64,000 bases of DNA, from positions 32,001 through 96,000 of the IMG/VR virus record IMGVR_UViG_3300046820_003928. One strand, written 5' to 3'. Both the position numbers and the translations under genes were made by a program. This DNA is from a virus. Shown piece after piece: positions 38,272 to 48,651 of this stretch (positions are counted from its first letter, which is position 1; the number at the start of each line of letters is the position of its first letter). Under the pieces are notes generated by a model, which was not told the origin of the DNA, made no database searches, and worked only from the letters and a program-made list of their open reading frames with translations.

Positions 38272-40179
38272 CTATATAATATTCATGTCAAGACACGTGA
38301 CCGTCCCGTAGAAGTCGGCGCGGACCATCTTCTTGCCGTAACGGGTCATAACGCCCTTGCGAGGAGTGAAATCCTCGGGAGCAAAGATCGTCGGGGTGAC
38401 GATGAGTGGGACGTAAGGAGCGTAGACATAGCCTGTCTCGAGGTAGCTGCCGCCCTTGTAGCCGACAAGAACCTTGTTACGGGGGAAGTAAGGGTCCTTG
38501 TAGACGGTGAAGCGGTTGCTCAGGGTGCCGATGGGGGTGGCGCCGATGGACATCGAGCCGCCGACCTGGCCCTGGCCATCGATCGAGTAGTTGGGCTTGT
38601 AGAGAACCGAAGCCTCGAGGACGGTGGCGACATCGGGTGAAACCACGATGAAGTTGGCCGAGCCGCGAAGGGTCTTGCGGTGGATCTCGTTAGCGACGTC
38701 GATGATGGTCTCGATGAGGGTCTCGTACCACTCGCGGACGGTGCCTGTGAAGGCAGGGCCGGGCTGCGTGGAAGAGGAGCGAGAGATCTCAGCGCCTGTG
38801 GTCTTGTTGACGAAGCGACCTGGTGCACGGCTCCAGTAGTAGTTGGCGCCACGAGCCTCGGTGAGGAGGTCGTTGAGGATCTCACGGTCGATCTCAAGAG
38901 CGATCTGCTCGGAGAGGATCTGGGTGAGCTCGACCTCTGCATCCATCGAGTGGTATGCGTTGAGGTCCTGGGCCAGCTCTGGTGACCAGCGAGCGCGCAG
39001 CTTGCGGGTTGTGGCTGTGACTGGGATGCTCTCGATCTTGATGTCGATCTCGGGGATGACAACCTGGGGCTGTGTAGCAAAGTCAGACTCGAACGAGGGG
39101 ATCGTCAGAGTTGATGCATCAGAGCCGTCAACGTTGAGCGAGTCAGCGATGGCGTATGATGCTGTGAGGTAGACAGCTGAGGTTGCTGCAGCGCCTGGGA
39201 TGTATGTACCAGAGACAACTGTAAGAACTGCTGCGCCGGCGGAGCCAGAGGGAAGCAGGGGGTTGGGGGTGAAGATGCCACCGCTGTAGGTGCCGAGCTG
39301 GTTGAGACGACGAACGTTGAGGATGTTCTGGCCGCCCTGGAAGGTCTCACCAGGAACTGCAAGGCCTGAAGTGCCTCCTGCAGAGTGAAGGGCGATCTCC
39401 TTGACCTGATTGAGGTCAACGTTTGATGGGAAGGAGGCAACGCTGAGGACCAGGAACTGGAACTGACCGGTGGAAGCTAGTGTACCATCAGCTGCATCTG
39501 TCTCGATAAGCGAGGTGATCTGTGGGTCGAACTGGAGGAAGCGACCGTCTGTACCAGTTGCAAAGGCCTTTGCAGCGTTGGTGAGTGTGGTGCCGCCCTG
39601 CCAGGAACCCGAGGCGAGGAGACCAACGCCGGTGGAGCTGGTGTGCACCTTTGTGAAACCGGTGCCGACGAGATCGTACTGGCCGCCGGTTGCGAGTGAA
39701 CCAGAGCGGATTCCCTTTCCGGTTGGGTTGTTGTAGATCGACTGACCACCCTTGTAGGTTGCGCCTGAGGTTGAGACGCCAGTCTGGAGGTTGGCATCGC
39801 CACCGACGTCTGAGCCGTAGGTGTAATCCAGGTAAAACAGGAGACCGGATGGGAGGCTCATTGGCTGGATGGAGACGAGCTCGTTAGCAACGAGACCGCC
39901 GAAGACGCGACGGACAATGGGGAAGGCGATGTTGGTGAAGCCACGGATATCACCGGAGCCAACTGCATTGGCGCCGCCGGTGCCGAGGGAGTTGACCTCG
40001 CGGAGGACCTGGGCTGCCTGGTTCTCCATGAGGCGGGCCATGTTGTCACGCTTGACGCCATCGAGACCGCGGAGGAGACCGGTGCGTGTCCACTTCTCGA
40101 TGAGGCGCTTGCCCTCCTCAGTCACATTACGATCGGAAATGCCCTCAGTGAGCATGTTGAGTGAAAAAGACTTAGACAT
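38272..40179 (-). CDS. Major capsid protein (gp23-like) with large insertion
   Basis: PIVRRVFGGLVANELVSIQPM..PSGL.FYL, RKLRARWSPELAQDLNAYH.MDAEVEL, YAPYVPL, F.PRKGVMTRY; strong C-ending codon bias. Confidence 0.97.
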   Translation of the reverse strand: MSKSFSLNMLTEGISDRNVTEEGKRLIEKWTRTGLLRGLDGVKRDNMARLMENQAAQVLREVNSLGTGGANAVGSGDIRGFTNIAFPIVRRVFGGLVANELVSIQPMSLPSGLLFYLDYTYGSDVGGDANLQTGVSTSGATYKGGQSIYNNPTGKGIRSGSLATGGQYDLVGTGFTKVHTSSTGVGLLASGSWQGGTTLTNAAKAFATGTDGRFLQFDPQITSLIETDAADGTLASTGQFQFLVLSVASFPSNVDLNQVKEIALHSAGGTSGLAVPGETFQGGQNILNVRRLNQLGTYSGGIFTPNPLLPSGSAGAAVLTVVSGTYIPGAAATSAVYLTASYAIADSLNVDGSDASTLTIPSFESDFATQPQVVIPEIDIKIESIPVTATTRKLRARWSPELAQDLNAYHSMDAEVELTQILSEQIALEIDREILNDLLTEARGANYYWSRAPGRFVNKTTGAEISRSSSTQPGPAFTGTVREWYETLIETIIDVANEIHRKTLRGSANFIVVSPDVATVLEASVLYKPNYSIDGQGQVGGSMSIGATPIGTLSNRFTVYKDPYFPRNKVLVGYKGGSYLETGYVYAPYVPLIVTPTIFAPEDFTPRKGVMTRYGKKMVRADFYGTVTCLDMNII

Positions 40180-40205
40180 ATTAAAAACTCCTTAAGCTTG
40201 TTTGA

Positions 40206-41543
40206 TTACTTGAGACCTGCCAGGGTGGCCCAGCGATCGACTTCACCTGCACCGTTCATGCGAGCAGATGATGAGGTAACTGGACGTGATGCCAGACCGG
40301 CTGTGTGCTTGACTGATTCGTTGAGAGACTCATTCTTCGATGTGATCGAGGTGGTGAGGCTCTCAAAGAGCAACTTGGCTTCGCGAAGATTCGATGCGCC
40401 GTCAAGAGCCTCGATGATTGCGCGACGTTGATTAGGTGCAACGTCCTTGTTCTGGAGGATCTTGTTTACATAAAGAAGCTTGGCGTTGAACAAGTTTAGA
40501 TCGGAAAGTTGCTCACGAAGCGTTTCAATTGCGCCTCTGTAATCATTGAGCTGATTCTTGAGGGCGTGATTTTCACGCGCTCCTTCCTTGATCTTCTTCT
40601 TGGCGAGATCTAGCTCGTTCATGTTGACGTCCATTGCGTCACCCTCGAGCGTGCCACCGCCAAAGGCTGCTGCTGCAACCTTGTGCGATTTTTCAGATGA
40701 ACCCTTTTTACGAGACTTAGCCTCGCGGAGCCTTGCAAGCTCACGACGAAGCATGTTCTCATCAATCTCATAGACCATCTCAGCGAGAGCCTCCTCGTCG
40801 CCTTCTTCAGCGCCGGCCTCAGCTGCTGGCTCGACGGGAGCAGCCTCAGCTTCCTCCTCGCCAACCTCAACCTCTTCCTCCTCGCCTTCGGTCTCTTCGA
40901 ATTCAATTCCCATAAGACCGAGCTTGTCAAATGCCTCTTTCTCTTCGGCAGTTCCAACAAGCTTGAGCACGGCTTCTTCAAGGTCATCCTCGTCGCCGTG
41001 CATCATTTCATCGAGCTCATAGAGCTCCTCATCCATCACTTTGTTCATTTTAGCTCCTTTAGCCTTTGATTCAGTCTCAGAGACAACGGATTTCTTGAGT
41101 TCCTCAAGGTCTACCTCGTAGGATCCGCTTGCCTCAACAGTTTCGGTCTCCTCGGACTCACCCTCTTTGATGAGTGCCAGGAGCCTTCCCTGCTCCTCTT
41201 CTGAAAGCGAGTCAAAGGCTTCAGAAAGAGCTGCAAGATCATCATTCTTTCCGGCGGAGCTTCTTTGTGATCCATTCATTAGATCTACAAGAGAGCGAAG
41301 GGCAGTCTCATCAAGTGCCACTTCTTCATCGGCGCCTTCCGCCTTTCCGTCTTCTTCGGAGATCGCTGTTGCAAGAAAGTCTGCGTCTTCGTTGACTGGA
41401 GTCTCTCCTACAAGCTGACTTTCAATAAACTCTCTAATCTTAGGAGTAACCGCCTCGATGATGGCGTTCTTTGCATTGAGCTCTGCTACTTCTCGAAGCT
41501 GCTTAGCGTCAGCAATCGCCTCTTCGAACAGTGATCTCGACAT
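40206..41543 (-). CDS. Prohead core scaffold protein (gp22-like)
   Basis: Acidic coiled coil directly upstream of MCP; LFEEAIADAK, LNLFNAKLLY, ends W.TLAGLK. Confidence 0.8.
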   Translation of the reverse strand: MSRSLFEEAIADAKQLREVAELNAKNAIIEAVTPKIREFIESQLVGETPVNEDADFLATAISEEDGKAEGADEEVALDETALRSLVDLMNGSQRSSAGKNDDLAALSEAFDSLSEEEQGRLLALIKEGESEETETVEASGSYEVDLEELKKSVVSETESKAKGAKMNKVMDEELYELDEMMHGDEDDLEEAVLKLVGTAEEKEAFDKLGLMGIEFEETEGEEEEVEVGEEEAEAAPVEPAAEAGAEEGDEEALAEMVYEIDENMLRRELARLREAKSRKKGSSEKSHKVAAAAFGGGTLEGDAMDVNMNELDLAKKKIKEGARENHALKNQLNDYRGAIETLREQLSDLNLFNAKLLYVNKILQNKDVAPNQRRAIIEALDGASNLREAKLLFESLTTSITSKNESLNESVKHTAGLASRPVTSSSARMNGAGEVDRWATLAGLK

Positions 41544-41593
41544 ATTCTTTCCTCTAATGCTGAAATTATGTATATCTATGCTTTGGTTTCTTC

Positions 41594-42139
41594 TTATTCT
41601 TGACTAAGTCTTGCAATTTTTAGCTTTTTTCTTGTTCTTTCTCGAAGATCGGGATTAACAGCGTCTACAAATCGAAAGGGAGCCTGATCTGTCACAGGGT
41701 TTGCTTTGACATCTCCCATTGACCACCCGCGTGGATCGACATCGACGACGCCTGGTGCAACAGTAAAAGAGGGATTTGAAGATGTCCCACCAAGAGCAGG
41801 TCCGTCAAATTTTCTCATTGGAAAAGGAACGATTCCAGAAAGTGTAGTTCTAGGAGTCGCTGAGTTCTCTGCGAGATCTAATCGATTCTTTGCCATTGTG
41901 AATCGATCAGTTCTTGAGAACGGTTCAGGTCTTTTTGCAAGGTTGCCATAGCTAACTTTTTTATTTATGAGGGCTCTCAGATTTAGTCCAGAATCACTAT
42001 CATCATACGCTTCTTCTTCATCACTGTTTTCTGTATTGTAGGGAAATTTATCACCAGATTTCTCTGGATTTTGAAATCCCTTCCTTCCAGTAAACCCATA
42101 GCCAGCGCCAGTCCTTTGATCGTGGACAAATTTTGGCAT
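41594..42139 (-). CDS. Hypothetical head-module protein
   Basis: Operon-packed ORF overlapping upstream stop (TGATG). Confidence 0.6.
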   Translation of the reverse strand: MPKFVHDQRTGAGYGFTGRKGFQNPEKSGDKFPYNTENSDEEEAYDDSDSGLNLRALINKKVSYGNLAKRPEPFSRTDRFTMAKNRLDLAENSATPRTTLSGIVPFPMRKFDGPALGGTSSNPSFTVAPGVVDVDPRGWSMGDVKANPVTDQAPFRFVDAVNPDLRERTRKKLKIARLSQE

Positions 42140-42675
42140 CAGGAACGTCCGTCAGATCCTAGATAAGACCTTCCTGAGATGTATGATCCAATTGTCTGCC
42201 CTGCAACACCAGGAGTCGTCTCTGATGGTGATACTGCGCCTAGACCAAATCCATATTCATTTCCCTTTTCTGGAAGCTGTCCAACATACTCAGGAATATC
42301 GTACGGAGACGTGCTACCCGGACCAGGAGATGCTGGGTTGGGAACATATGGAGATGCTGGGAGGCCCTCGCCTCCGACAGGAACTGTTTCAAGGTCTGGC
42401 ACGCCAGAGAAATTTAGATCGAATGACCCAAAGGCATATCCGCCATCATTTACGACGCCAGATGTGACACCGATGTTTGGTATGCTATCCCCGGGACCGC
42501 CATTCCCATTCAGCGCAGCAATTGCTGCATTCTTTACAGCCTCTTCGCTGTATGTCGTTCCCACAGGAGTTGCAAACATCGCCGAAAGATTGACATCGTT
42601 CCGATGACCAAGACCACCCTCTCCGGGAACGCCTTGCGGCACAACAGTCGAATACTTTACAGATGACATTTGCAA
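42139..42675 (-). CDS. Gly/Pro-rich hypothetical head-module protein
   Basis: RBS CAGGAG; operon context. Confidence 0.6.
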   Translation of the reverse strand: MQMSSVKYSTVVPQGVPGEGGLGHRNDVNLSAMFATPVGTTYSEEAVKNAAIAALNGNGGPGDSIPNIGVTSGVVNDGGYAFGSFDLNFSGVPDLETVPVGGEGLPASPYVPNPASPGPGSTSPYDIPEYVGQLPEKGNEYGFGLGAVSPSETTPGVAGQTIGSYISGRSYLGSDGRS

Positions 42676-42702
42676 CTCCTGTGTAACAGTTTTTAAGGTT
42701 GA

Positions 42703-42987
42703 TTAATCAAGATCGTTGACAATCTGACGGCGGAGAGCAAGACGACGCTCCTGGATCTTGCGAAGCTGGTCGCGAAGCTCGACTTCCTGCTCCTTGAGCA
42801 TCTTGAGGGTCTGAAGCTTCTTGCCGGGAGTCTGCTTCACTGTGTGTGCAGGCTTGCCTGGCCACTCCTCGTCCATCTCAAGAGCAAGATCCTTCTTTGC
42901 CTGCTTTGTCTTCTTGTCATTCATCATCTTCGCCTTCTCCTCGAGAACGAGCTTGCGAAGCATATCGGGTGTAAGCTTGGTTGCCAT
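42703..42987 (-). CDS. Small charged head/prohead-core protein
   Basis: MATKLTPDMLRKLVLEE; RBS AAGGAG; upstream late motif. Confidence 0.65.
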   Translation of the reverse strand: MATKLTPDMLRKLVLEEKAKMMNDKKTKQAKKDLALEMDEEWPGKPAHTVKQTPGKKLQTLKMLKEQEVELRDQLRKIQERRLALRRQIVNDLD

Positions 42988-43014
42988 TTTAAAACTCCTT
43001 AGGGTTTCAAAGAT

Positions 43015-43024
43015 TAAATATCAC
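43015..43024 (-). promoter_or_regulatory. Putative late promoter GTGATATTTA
   Basis: Exact repeat of the motif at 22705 and 58543. Confidence 0.7.
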
Positions 43025-43029
43025 AGAAC

Positions 43030-43539
43030 CTACGATCTTGTGGGAACCTTTTCAGCAAATGCCAGCGCAGCCCACATTCCTGCACTTTCTCCAAAAATGT
43101 CTGTCGGATCGCTTTTTAGCATTGCTCTAGATGCGGCATCTCCTGCAGATTCAATCATCTGTTCGTGACTAACCCGACCAGAAGAAGATTCAGACATGCT
43201 CATGTAGGCACCATTTCTTGCAGTGTCTGCAAAGATGTCAGCCATTATAGGATCAGATGTGATAGAGCTGGCAAGAGCTGCTGTTCTTTGATTTACAGAT
43301 GTAGTGCCTTCCCGTATTTCTTCCCTCTTTGGAAGAAAGCTAATCTTATCTGCAATTGATTGTCTTGGATTCTGAGGTTGTTTGGTGCCTTGCGAGGTGC
43401 TCATTCCGCGAACCGGAGCAGCCGTGCGCATCTGTCGTGACTCATTTATAGTCTGCTGAGTCTCTGAGAGACCCTCTGCGAGGATCTCAACGAGGCATTC
43501 TTTGACCAGGTTTTTCAGGTCATTTCTTGTCATCTTCAT
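43030..43539 (-). CDS. Hypothetical prohead-core protein
   Basis: MKMTRNDLKNLVKECLVEILAE N-terminal helix; follows the protease gene. Confidence 0.65.
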   Translation of the reverse strand: MKMTRNDLKNLVKECLVEILAEGLSETQQTINESRQMRTAAPVRGMSTSQGTKQPQNPRQSIADKISFLPKREEIREGTTSVNQRTAALASSITSDPIMADIFADTARNGAYMSMSESSSGRVSHEQMIESAGDAASRAMLKSDPTDIFGESAGMWAALAFAEKVPTRS

Positions 43540-43542
43540 TTA

Positions 43543-44148
43543 TCACTTCCAGGATTTGATCTCATTGAAGATTCTATTGATGCGATCAGATCTATTAAAG
43601 GTTGCACGAAGATCGACAGGATTTATTGATCTTGACTCACGAAGCATAAAGGCACCGGGTGTGCTCGGCTCAGAAACAATATCAAAACAGATCAGCTGGA
43701 AATCCTCTTGTACAACTGTGTGTCCGTCCTGCTGACGAGTAGATCCTACGCCTCTTGAGGAAATCCCAAGTGTAACTCCTGATTCGATGAGACTCTGCAA
43801 GATCTTTCCGCTAGGAGTATCTAGCAGCTCAACAGATCCATAAACAGTATCTCCCTCCATCCGGGCTTCTCTAACGATATGAGAGGCGTTCTTGAGTTCA
43901 ACAACAGAGGTGTCTGGGTGATCACACTCACCAAGCGCGCGATTTTCTCGGATGAACTTCTGGTAGTTGATTATCTCTCTTTCCAGTATGGCTCGTGGGT
44001 AGATTCTACCATTTTGATTGAGTGTATCAGATCTCTGGATTATGCCCTTAAGCATGATCTTGCCCCCGTTAAGGGCTCGAGACTCCTTGATGAGGTCAGG
44101 AGTAAGTGAGAGGGGTGTCCACTCAGTAAGCAGAGAAAGTGCGCTCAT
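43543..44148 (-). CDS. Prohead core protease (gp21-like)
   Basis: NQNGRIYP, ALGECDHP, TPSGKIL, GISSRGVGS, DIVSEPSTPGA. Confidence 0.95.
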   Translation of the reverse strand: MSALSLLTEWTPLSLTPDLIKESRALNGGKIMLKGIIQRSDTLNQNGRIYPRAILEREIINYQKFIRENRALGECDHPDTSVVELKNASHIVREARMEGDTVYGSVELLDTPSGKILQSLIESGVTLGISSRGVGSTRQQDGHTVVQEDFQLICFDIVSEPSTPGAFMLRESRSINPVDLRATFNRSDRINRIFNEIKSWK

Positions 44149-45002
44149 TTTGCCTCCTTAGATTCCTCGATGAGCTGTGATAGAGTCATTAGTCGACCAA
44201 GGGTCTCGTCATTTAGGTTCTTAGTATCAAGATCATTAACGCGCTTTCTTATGTTAGAGATGTTCTCCTGGATAATCTGATTTTTCTCATTCTTCTCAAT
44301 TTCATCTAGGCAGGCAAGAGAATCAACTTTAATCTTTTGAGCACGCTCAATCATCCGCTCTGTTGGTCCCACATCAGACTTCATGAGGACATAATCTCTT
44401 ATGATCGCCTGCTGATCCTGCGTAAGACTTCCTGCATACTTTTTATTGAATTTTTCATTGAGGATTTTGACAACAAGCGTGTCAACATTTTCGTTTACCT
44501 GAGGCATTGGCTCGGCGTGGGGCAATTCACTTCTTAGCATCTCAACGAGCTTTGTCTCAATTAGAACTGTCTTGGCAAGATCAGATCTATCGCCAAGCGC
44601 CCATTCATTGAGCGCCACCTGGATCGTAGCAAGGTCTCTGTAGTTTGAGATTCGACGGTGAAAAAACATGCTATCATTGAGCGTGTGATTGATATCCTTG
44701 ATTAGAAGAGACTTCTCTCTATCAAGCTTTGTAAAGTCAATACGACGCGCTGCTGCCTTCGACTCTGTCAGAATAACTGCAGATATGGCAGAATCAGAAA
44801 CTCTTGTTTTTGCAAGAGCATTGAACAGTCTGAACTCCTTAAATAGCTCAGTGTCCCTAGCAAACCGCTTTGAAACAATGTCAAGCGCGATTTGTGCCTT
44901 GCTTCTGTTTCCTTCGATTAGGTATGAAGAAACTGCACGAAGCAAGAGCTCATATACAATTCCAACATTTCTTTTCTTGTTATGATTGATTCCCGTTTCC
45001 AT
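44145..45002 (-). CDS. Conserved hypothetical protein between portal and protease
   Basis: HNKKRNVGIVYELL; helical; operon-packed. Confidence 0.7.
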   Translation of the reverse strand: METGINHNKKRNVGIVYELLLRAVSSYLIEGNRSKAQIALDIVSKRFARDTELFKEFRLFNALAKTRVSDSAISAVILTESKAAARRIDFTKLDREKSLLIKDINHTLNDSMFFHRRISNYRDLATIQVALNEWALGDRSDLAKTVLIETKLVEMLRSELPHAEPMPQVNENVDTLVVKILNEKFNKKYAGSLTQDQQAIIRDYVLMKSDVGPTERMIERAQKIKVDSLACLDEIEKNEKNQIIQENISNIRKRVNDLDTKNLNDETLGRLMTLSQLIEESKEAK

Positions 45003-47035
45003 TACTCTTTCTCCCCTGTCGTATTTGACACAGAGCCGATATTATCTAATGATCTAAGTATCCCTTCGACTTCAAGATCTCTTTGTTCAGTACTTCTTAT
45101 ACTTCTATCTAGAAATTTTTCAATAAAGCTATCCTTTTCGTCAATCTTTATCTTGTGTGCATTCTTGAGGGGATTGACGAGATCTTTCTTTTCTCCGTAG
45201 GGATGTGCTATTGAATCTCTTGGGTCTTTCTTGTCGGATCCAGCAAGATCATCATGGTGAGTCCTGGTCCCGATAGATCCTGTCATCTTTCTTCTTGATC
45301 TGTTGTAAATTTCTCTCTCTGCATAATCGGGTCCAACTTTTGTCTTCTCATCAAGAATCTTGCGAGGTGAAACCGGCGGAGATCTTGTGAGTCCAGCAAA
45401 AGCCTTCAAGGGCAATCCCTTTGAGGCAGCTATGCGAGACAGATCGATCTCTGGATCTCCGTCAAGCTCATCAATCTTCGGGAGTCCCCTTGGATTTCTG
45501 GTGTCTCCTGCTGTTATTGGAGTCTCTCCGCCGCCGGGACCAAGGTCAATACTTGAGGTCTCAGGGCCTGTCTCAGCGGACTCACCAGGAGATCTTCCTG
45601 GAGCACCTTCAGCTCCTTCCTCATCAGTCCCAGGTAGCTTAACAGCTTCGAGCTGGAGTGACTGCTCCTTGTCCTGCACAAGACCCTTGTCAATCGCATC
45701 AATCTCTTCGTCTGGCATCATAAAGATGTTCTTCTTGATCCACTTTAGATCGACAAGATTCTCAACGTTCTTTGCTGCCTGTGCAATGGTAAACTTTGTA
45801 TTGTAAAGCTCCAGCTTCTGTTGTTGTGCAATTGTTGAAGGATTTGTGAGCTTGAGCTCAAAATCAAGAAGATCGTGTCCGTCAAAACCGTTGCAATAAA
45901 GATGAACAATTGCAAGCTTGTTTAGCTCAGAAATGATAGTGCGCTGAATTCTGTTGATTGATCGAGAAAATCTAATGTCTTCCTGCGACAGTGTTGCTTT
46001 GGCGCCGAGACCCTCATCGTATCCAAGGTATGCCTTGGGAATCTTGAGAGCAGAAAACAGCTTCTTTTGGATGTACTGGACGTCTTCAATTGCTGCAGCG
46101 TTGGTTCCGCCTCCTAGATTTTCAACCTTTGTCCCAGTTTGTCCGCCTCGAACGGGAATAAAATAATCCTCATCGACGCTCATTGGATTATATCTGAGAT
46201 CAACTCGACCAGAAGTTCTATCGATAACCTGGTTTTTCTTAAGAGTAGCCTGTGCCTGCTCCATGTAGTTTGGAATTTCCTCAGGAGGAACGTTTCCTAC
46301 GTCAACATAGAAGACTCTTCTATCTGGTGATCTAACAATTCGATAGACAAGCATCGAATCTTCAATGAGAATAAGCTGTCTCCAGATTCTTCTAGCAGCC
46401 TCAAGAACAGAAGTTCCATAAGGTAAAAATGCATCATTTCCAAGAAGTCTAAAATGCGAAACTTGCCAATTCTGGAGAAGTTGATTTCCCTGTGTTACCC
46501 AGCGGTATCTAACAGCAAGCGGATCATTTTTATCAAATCCTTCCTCTCTTTCGATCTCATTTACAGCAATCGGAAAGACGTTGATGACGCCATGCTCAGG
46601 AGAGACGTCATTGAAAAGGAAGAAGTCTCCATACTTGCACATGTTCCTGGCCCATGAAGTCATGTTAAAGTTGACATTCAGGGTGTCATAAAAAAGCTCG
46701 TTTAGAAGCCTCTGGATCTGTGAATTCTCAGAGTAGATGTGAAGAATATTTCCCTTGTCATCGGGAGATACTGTCTCTTCTGAGTAGATGTCGAGGGCAC
46801 TTGCAATCTCAGGAGTATATTCCATTTCTTGGAAATCAGAATATCTCGCCATTCTATCATACGCGCCGTAGGCGCTCATTGCTGTGCTATAGACGTTGCT
46901 TTGTGTCTTTCTAAATAGCTCGTATGCAGACGTGCTTGTGTCGTTCGGCTTGTACTCTCTTACTCTTCTTTTAACGACAGGGCCACTGCGAAACAGGGAT
47001 GTGAGTCGATTGAAGATGTTTTCGTTTTTTGCCAT
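45002..47035 (-). CDS. Portal protein (gp20-like)
   Basis: LIEDSMLVYRIVRSPDRRVFYVDVGN.P, EDYFIPVRGG, DVQYIQKKLF.ALKIP, EDIRFSR.I.RIQ. Confidence 0.95.
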   Translation of the reverse strand: MAKNENIFNRLTSLFRSGPVVKRRVREYKPNDTSTSAYELFRKTQSNVYSTAMSAYGAYDRMARYSDFQEMEYTPEIASALDIYSEETVSPDDKGNILHIYSENSQIQRLLNELFYDTLNVNFNMTSWARNMCKYGDFFLFNDVSPEHGVINVFPIAVNEIEREEGFDKNDPLAVRYRWVTQGNQLLQNWQVSHFRLLGNDAFLPYGTSVLEAARRIWRQLILIEDSMLVYRIVRSPDRRVFYVDVGNVPPEEIPNYMEQAQATLKKNQVIDRTSGRVDLRYNPMSVDEDYFIPVRGGQTGTKVENLGGGTNAAAIEDVQYIQKKLFSALKIPKAYLGYDEGLGAKATLSQEDIRFSRSINRIQRTIISELNKLAIVHLYCNGFDGHDLLDFELKLTNPSTIAQQQKLELYNTKFTIAQAAKNVENLVDLKWIKKNIFMMPDEEIDAIDKGLVQDKEQSLQLEAVKLPGTDEEGAEGAPGRSPGESAETGPETSSIDLGPGGGETPITAGDTRNPRGLPKIDELDGDPEIDLSRIAASKGLPLKAFAGLTRSPPVSPRKILDEKTKVGPDYAEREIYNRSRRKMTGSIGTRTHHDDLAGSDKKDPRDSIAHPYGEKKDLVNPLKNAHKIKIDEKDSFIEKFLDRSIRSTEQRDLEVEGILRSLDNIGSVSNTTGEKE

Positions 47036-47037
47036 GT

Positions 47038-48651
47038 CTATCCTTTAAAGACCCACGCAAATTCAGGCGGGATCATTCCTGGTTGATTTCTTATTCCTCC
47101 AGTCACAAGATCTCTCTTTGCCTGGACGTTCCGTATGTGTTCGTTCCTCATAATACTATTCGATGCGCCGTTAAAGTGATTAGCATTAACTGCCATTCCT
47201 GCAAGCATTGCTCTATTTATTGCACCCGAATCTCGAGAATGTTCTGCAGATGCATCATAAAGCCACGATCCAATTGCAAGAGACATCACAAGATCATCGT
47301 TCTCTCCCTTCATAGCAGAAACCCTGTTGTCCTGCCAGACGAAAGTCTTAAGTTCATCATAAAAGCGAGAAGAATAAGTTACAAGCTGCTTGTTTCTTAG
47401 TAATTCTTCAAGTTTTGTAAGAATCAATCCGCGAGTCTTGCCGCTGGTGTTGAATCCTGCTGTCTCGGTCTCTCCAGGGGGAATATAGTCTCCGATATAG
47501 ACTGCATTGCTCTTCTGGTAATACATCCTCGGATAGTTTAGATCTCTCAGCTTTATGATAGTGGCATATCCGTATGTGTTATTTTCAGGGCAGAGCAATG
47601 CTTTGTTGTATAGCATCCCAAATTCATATAACAGGTCACCAAATCTATCTGGTGCAATTTTTCCACGGTATTCTGCAACTACGTCTCCGACTCCGAGATC
47701 TATCACGTGGAAAGTGGAATAGTCCTTTCCGTCACCGCGTGCAACATCAGCTGAAATTAGATACTTTGATTCTGCTAGTGGGTATCTCCAGATCCAGACG
47801 TTTCTATCGAGTCCCTTTCTATCAATCGGTGTCTTGATATTCGCATACACCCACTTTAGCTCGTCATCTCCGAGAAAAGTCTCTCCTGATGATGCGAAAT
47901 CGCATAAAAGCTCTTGTGCAACTTGACGAGAAGACATATTTCTTGTCTCCTTGTCAAACCACGATTGATCTCTTTCTGGGTGAACGTCCCAGTTAAGCTT
48001 GATGGGATTGAATTCATTGACCCCTGATTCAGCTTCTTTGTAGAGCTTATAGTACTGTCCTCCGACACCGTTCGGAGTTGACAAAATAATTGCCCTGCCA
48101 CCGGTTGACAAAGTAGGATAAAGACCTGTCCATAGCTCGTCAAAGTTTCTAACGAAGGCAGCCTCATCTACAATTAGCAGAGAGAGTGACTCAGATCGAC
48201 CAGCATCATCAGAAGTCGGAACTGCCTTAATAGAAGATCCGTGACTAAACTCTACAAATTGCTTGTTATCAGCCACAACCTGCGGAAGAACTAGCCAGGG
48301 CGGAAGATTTCTGAGGATTGTCTTTGTTTTCTTGATGAAGTTCTGTGCAACCTGCAGCTTTGTTGCAATAATAAGGATGTTTTTATCTTTTTGAAAGAGT
48401 GCCAGCCATACTGCGTATGCTGCAGTAAGTGTTGAAAGACCAAGCTGTCGACTTTTTACAACAATATTAAATCGATGATCTATGAAGTCTTTGACACAGT
48501 CATCCTGGAAGGGGTATGTCTTAAATGACAGAAGTCCCTTGGTTGGATGCTGGATCTTGACATAAGTGTTAAAGAAATAAACTGGATCCTTTCCACATCT
48601 GATTATCTCTTGGACCTGCTTTGTCTTGTTTGGTGCAGGTGATGTCGCCAT
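47038..48651 (-). CDS. terL: Terminase large subunit (gp17-like)
   Basis: KSRQLGLST, LLIVDEAAF, LSTPNG, ISADVARGDGKDYST, NDDLVMSLA. Confidence 0.95.
   Translation of the reverse strand: MATSPAPNKTKQVQEIIRCGKDPVYFFNTYVKIQHPTKGLLSFKTYPFQDDCVKDFIDHRFNIVVKSRQLGLSTLTAAYAVWLALFQKDKNILIIATKLQVAQNFIKKTKTILRNLPPWLVLPQVVADNKQFVEFSHGSSIKAVPTSDDAGRSESLSLLIVDEAAFVRNFDELWTGLYPTLSTGGRAIILSTPNGVGGQYYKLYKEAESGVNEFNPIKLNWDVHPERDQSWFDKETRNMSSRQVAQELLCDFASSGETFLGDDELKWVYANIKTPIDRKGLDRNVWIWRYPLAESKYLISADVARGDGKDYSTFHVIDLGVGDVVAEYRGKIAPDRFGDLLYEFGMLYNKALLCPENNTYGYATIIKLRDLNYPRMYYQKSNAVYIGDYIPPGETETAGFNTSGKTRGLILTKLEELLRNKQLVTYSSRFYDELKTFVWQDNRVSAMKGENDDLVMSLAIGSWLYDASAEHSRDSGAINRAMLAGMAVNANHFNGASNSIMRNEHIRNVQAKRDLVTGGIRNQPGMIPPEFAWVFKG

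Noticed and set aside
38272-40179. High GC of the MCP gene as evidence of horizontal transfer
   Set aside because: The skew is in third positions (C-ending codons), as expected for a very highly expressed gene; synteny is normal.
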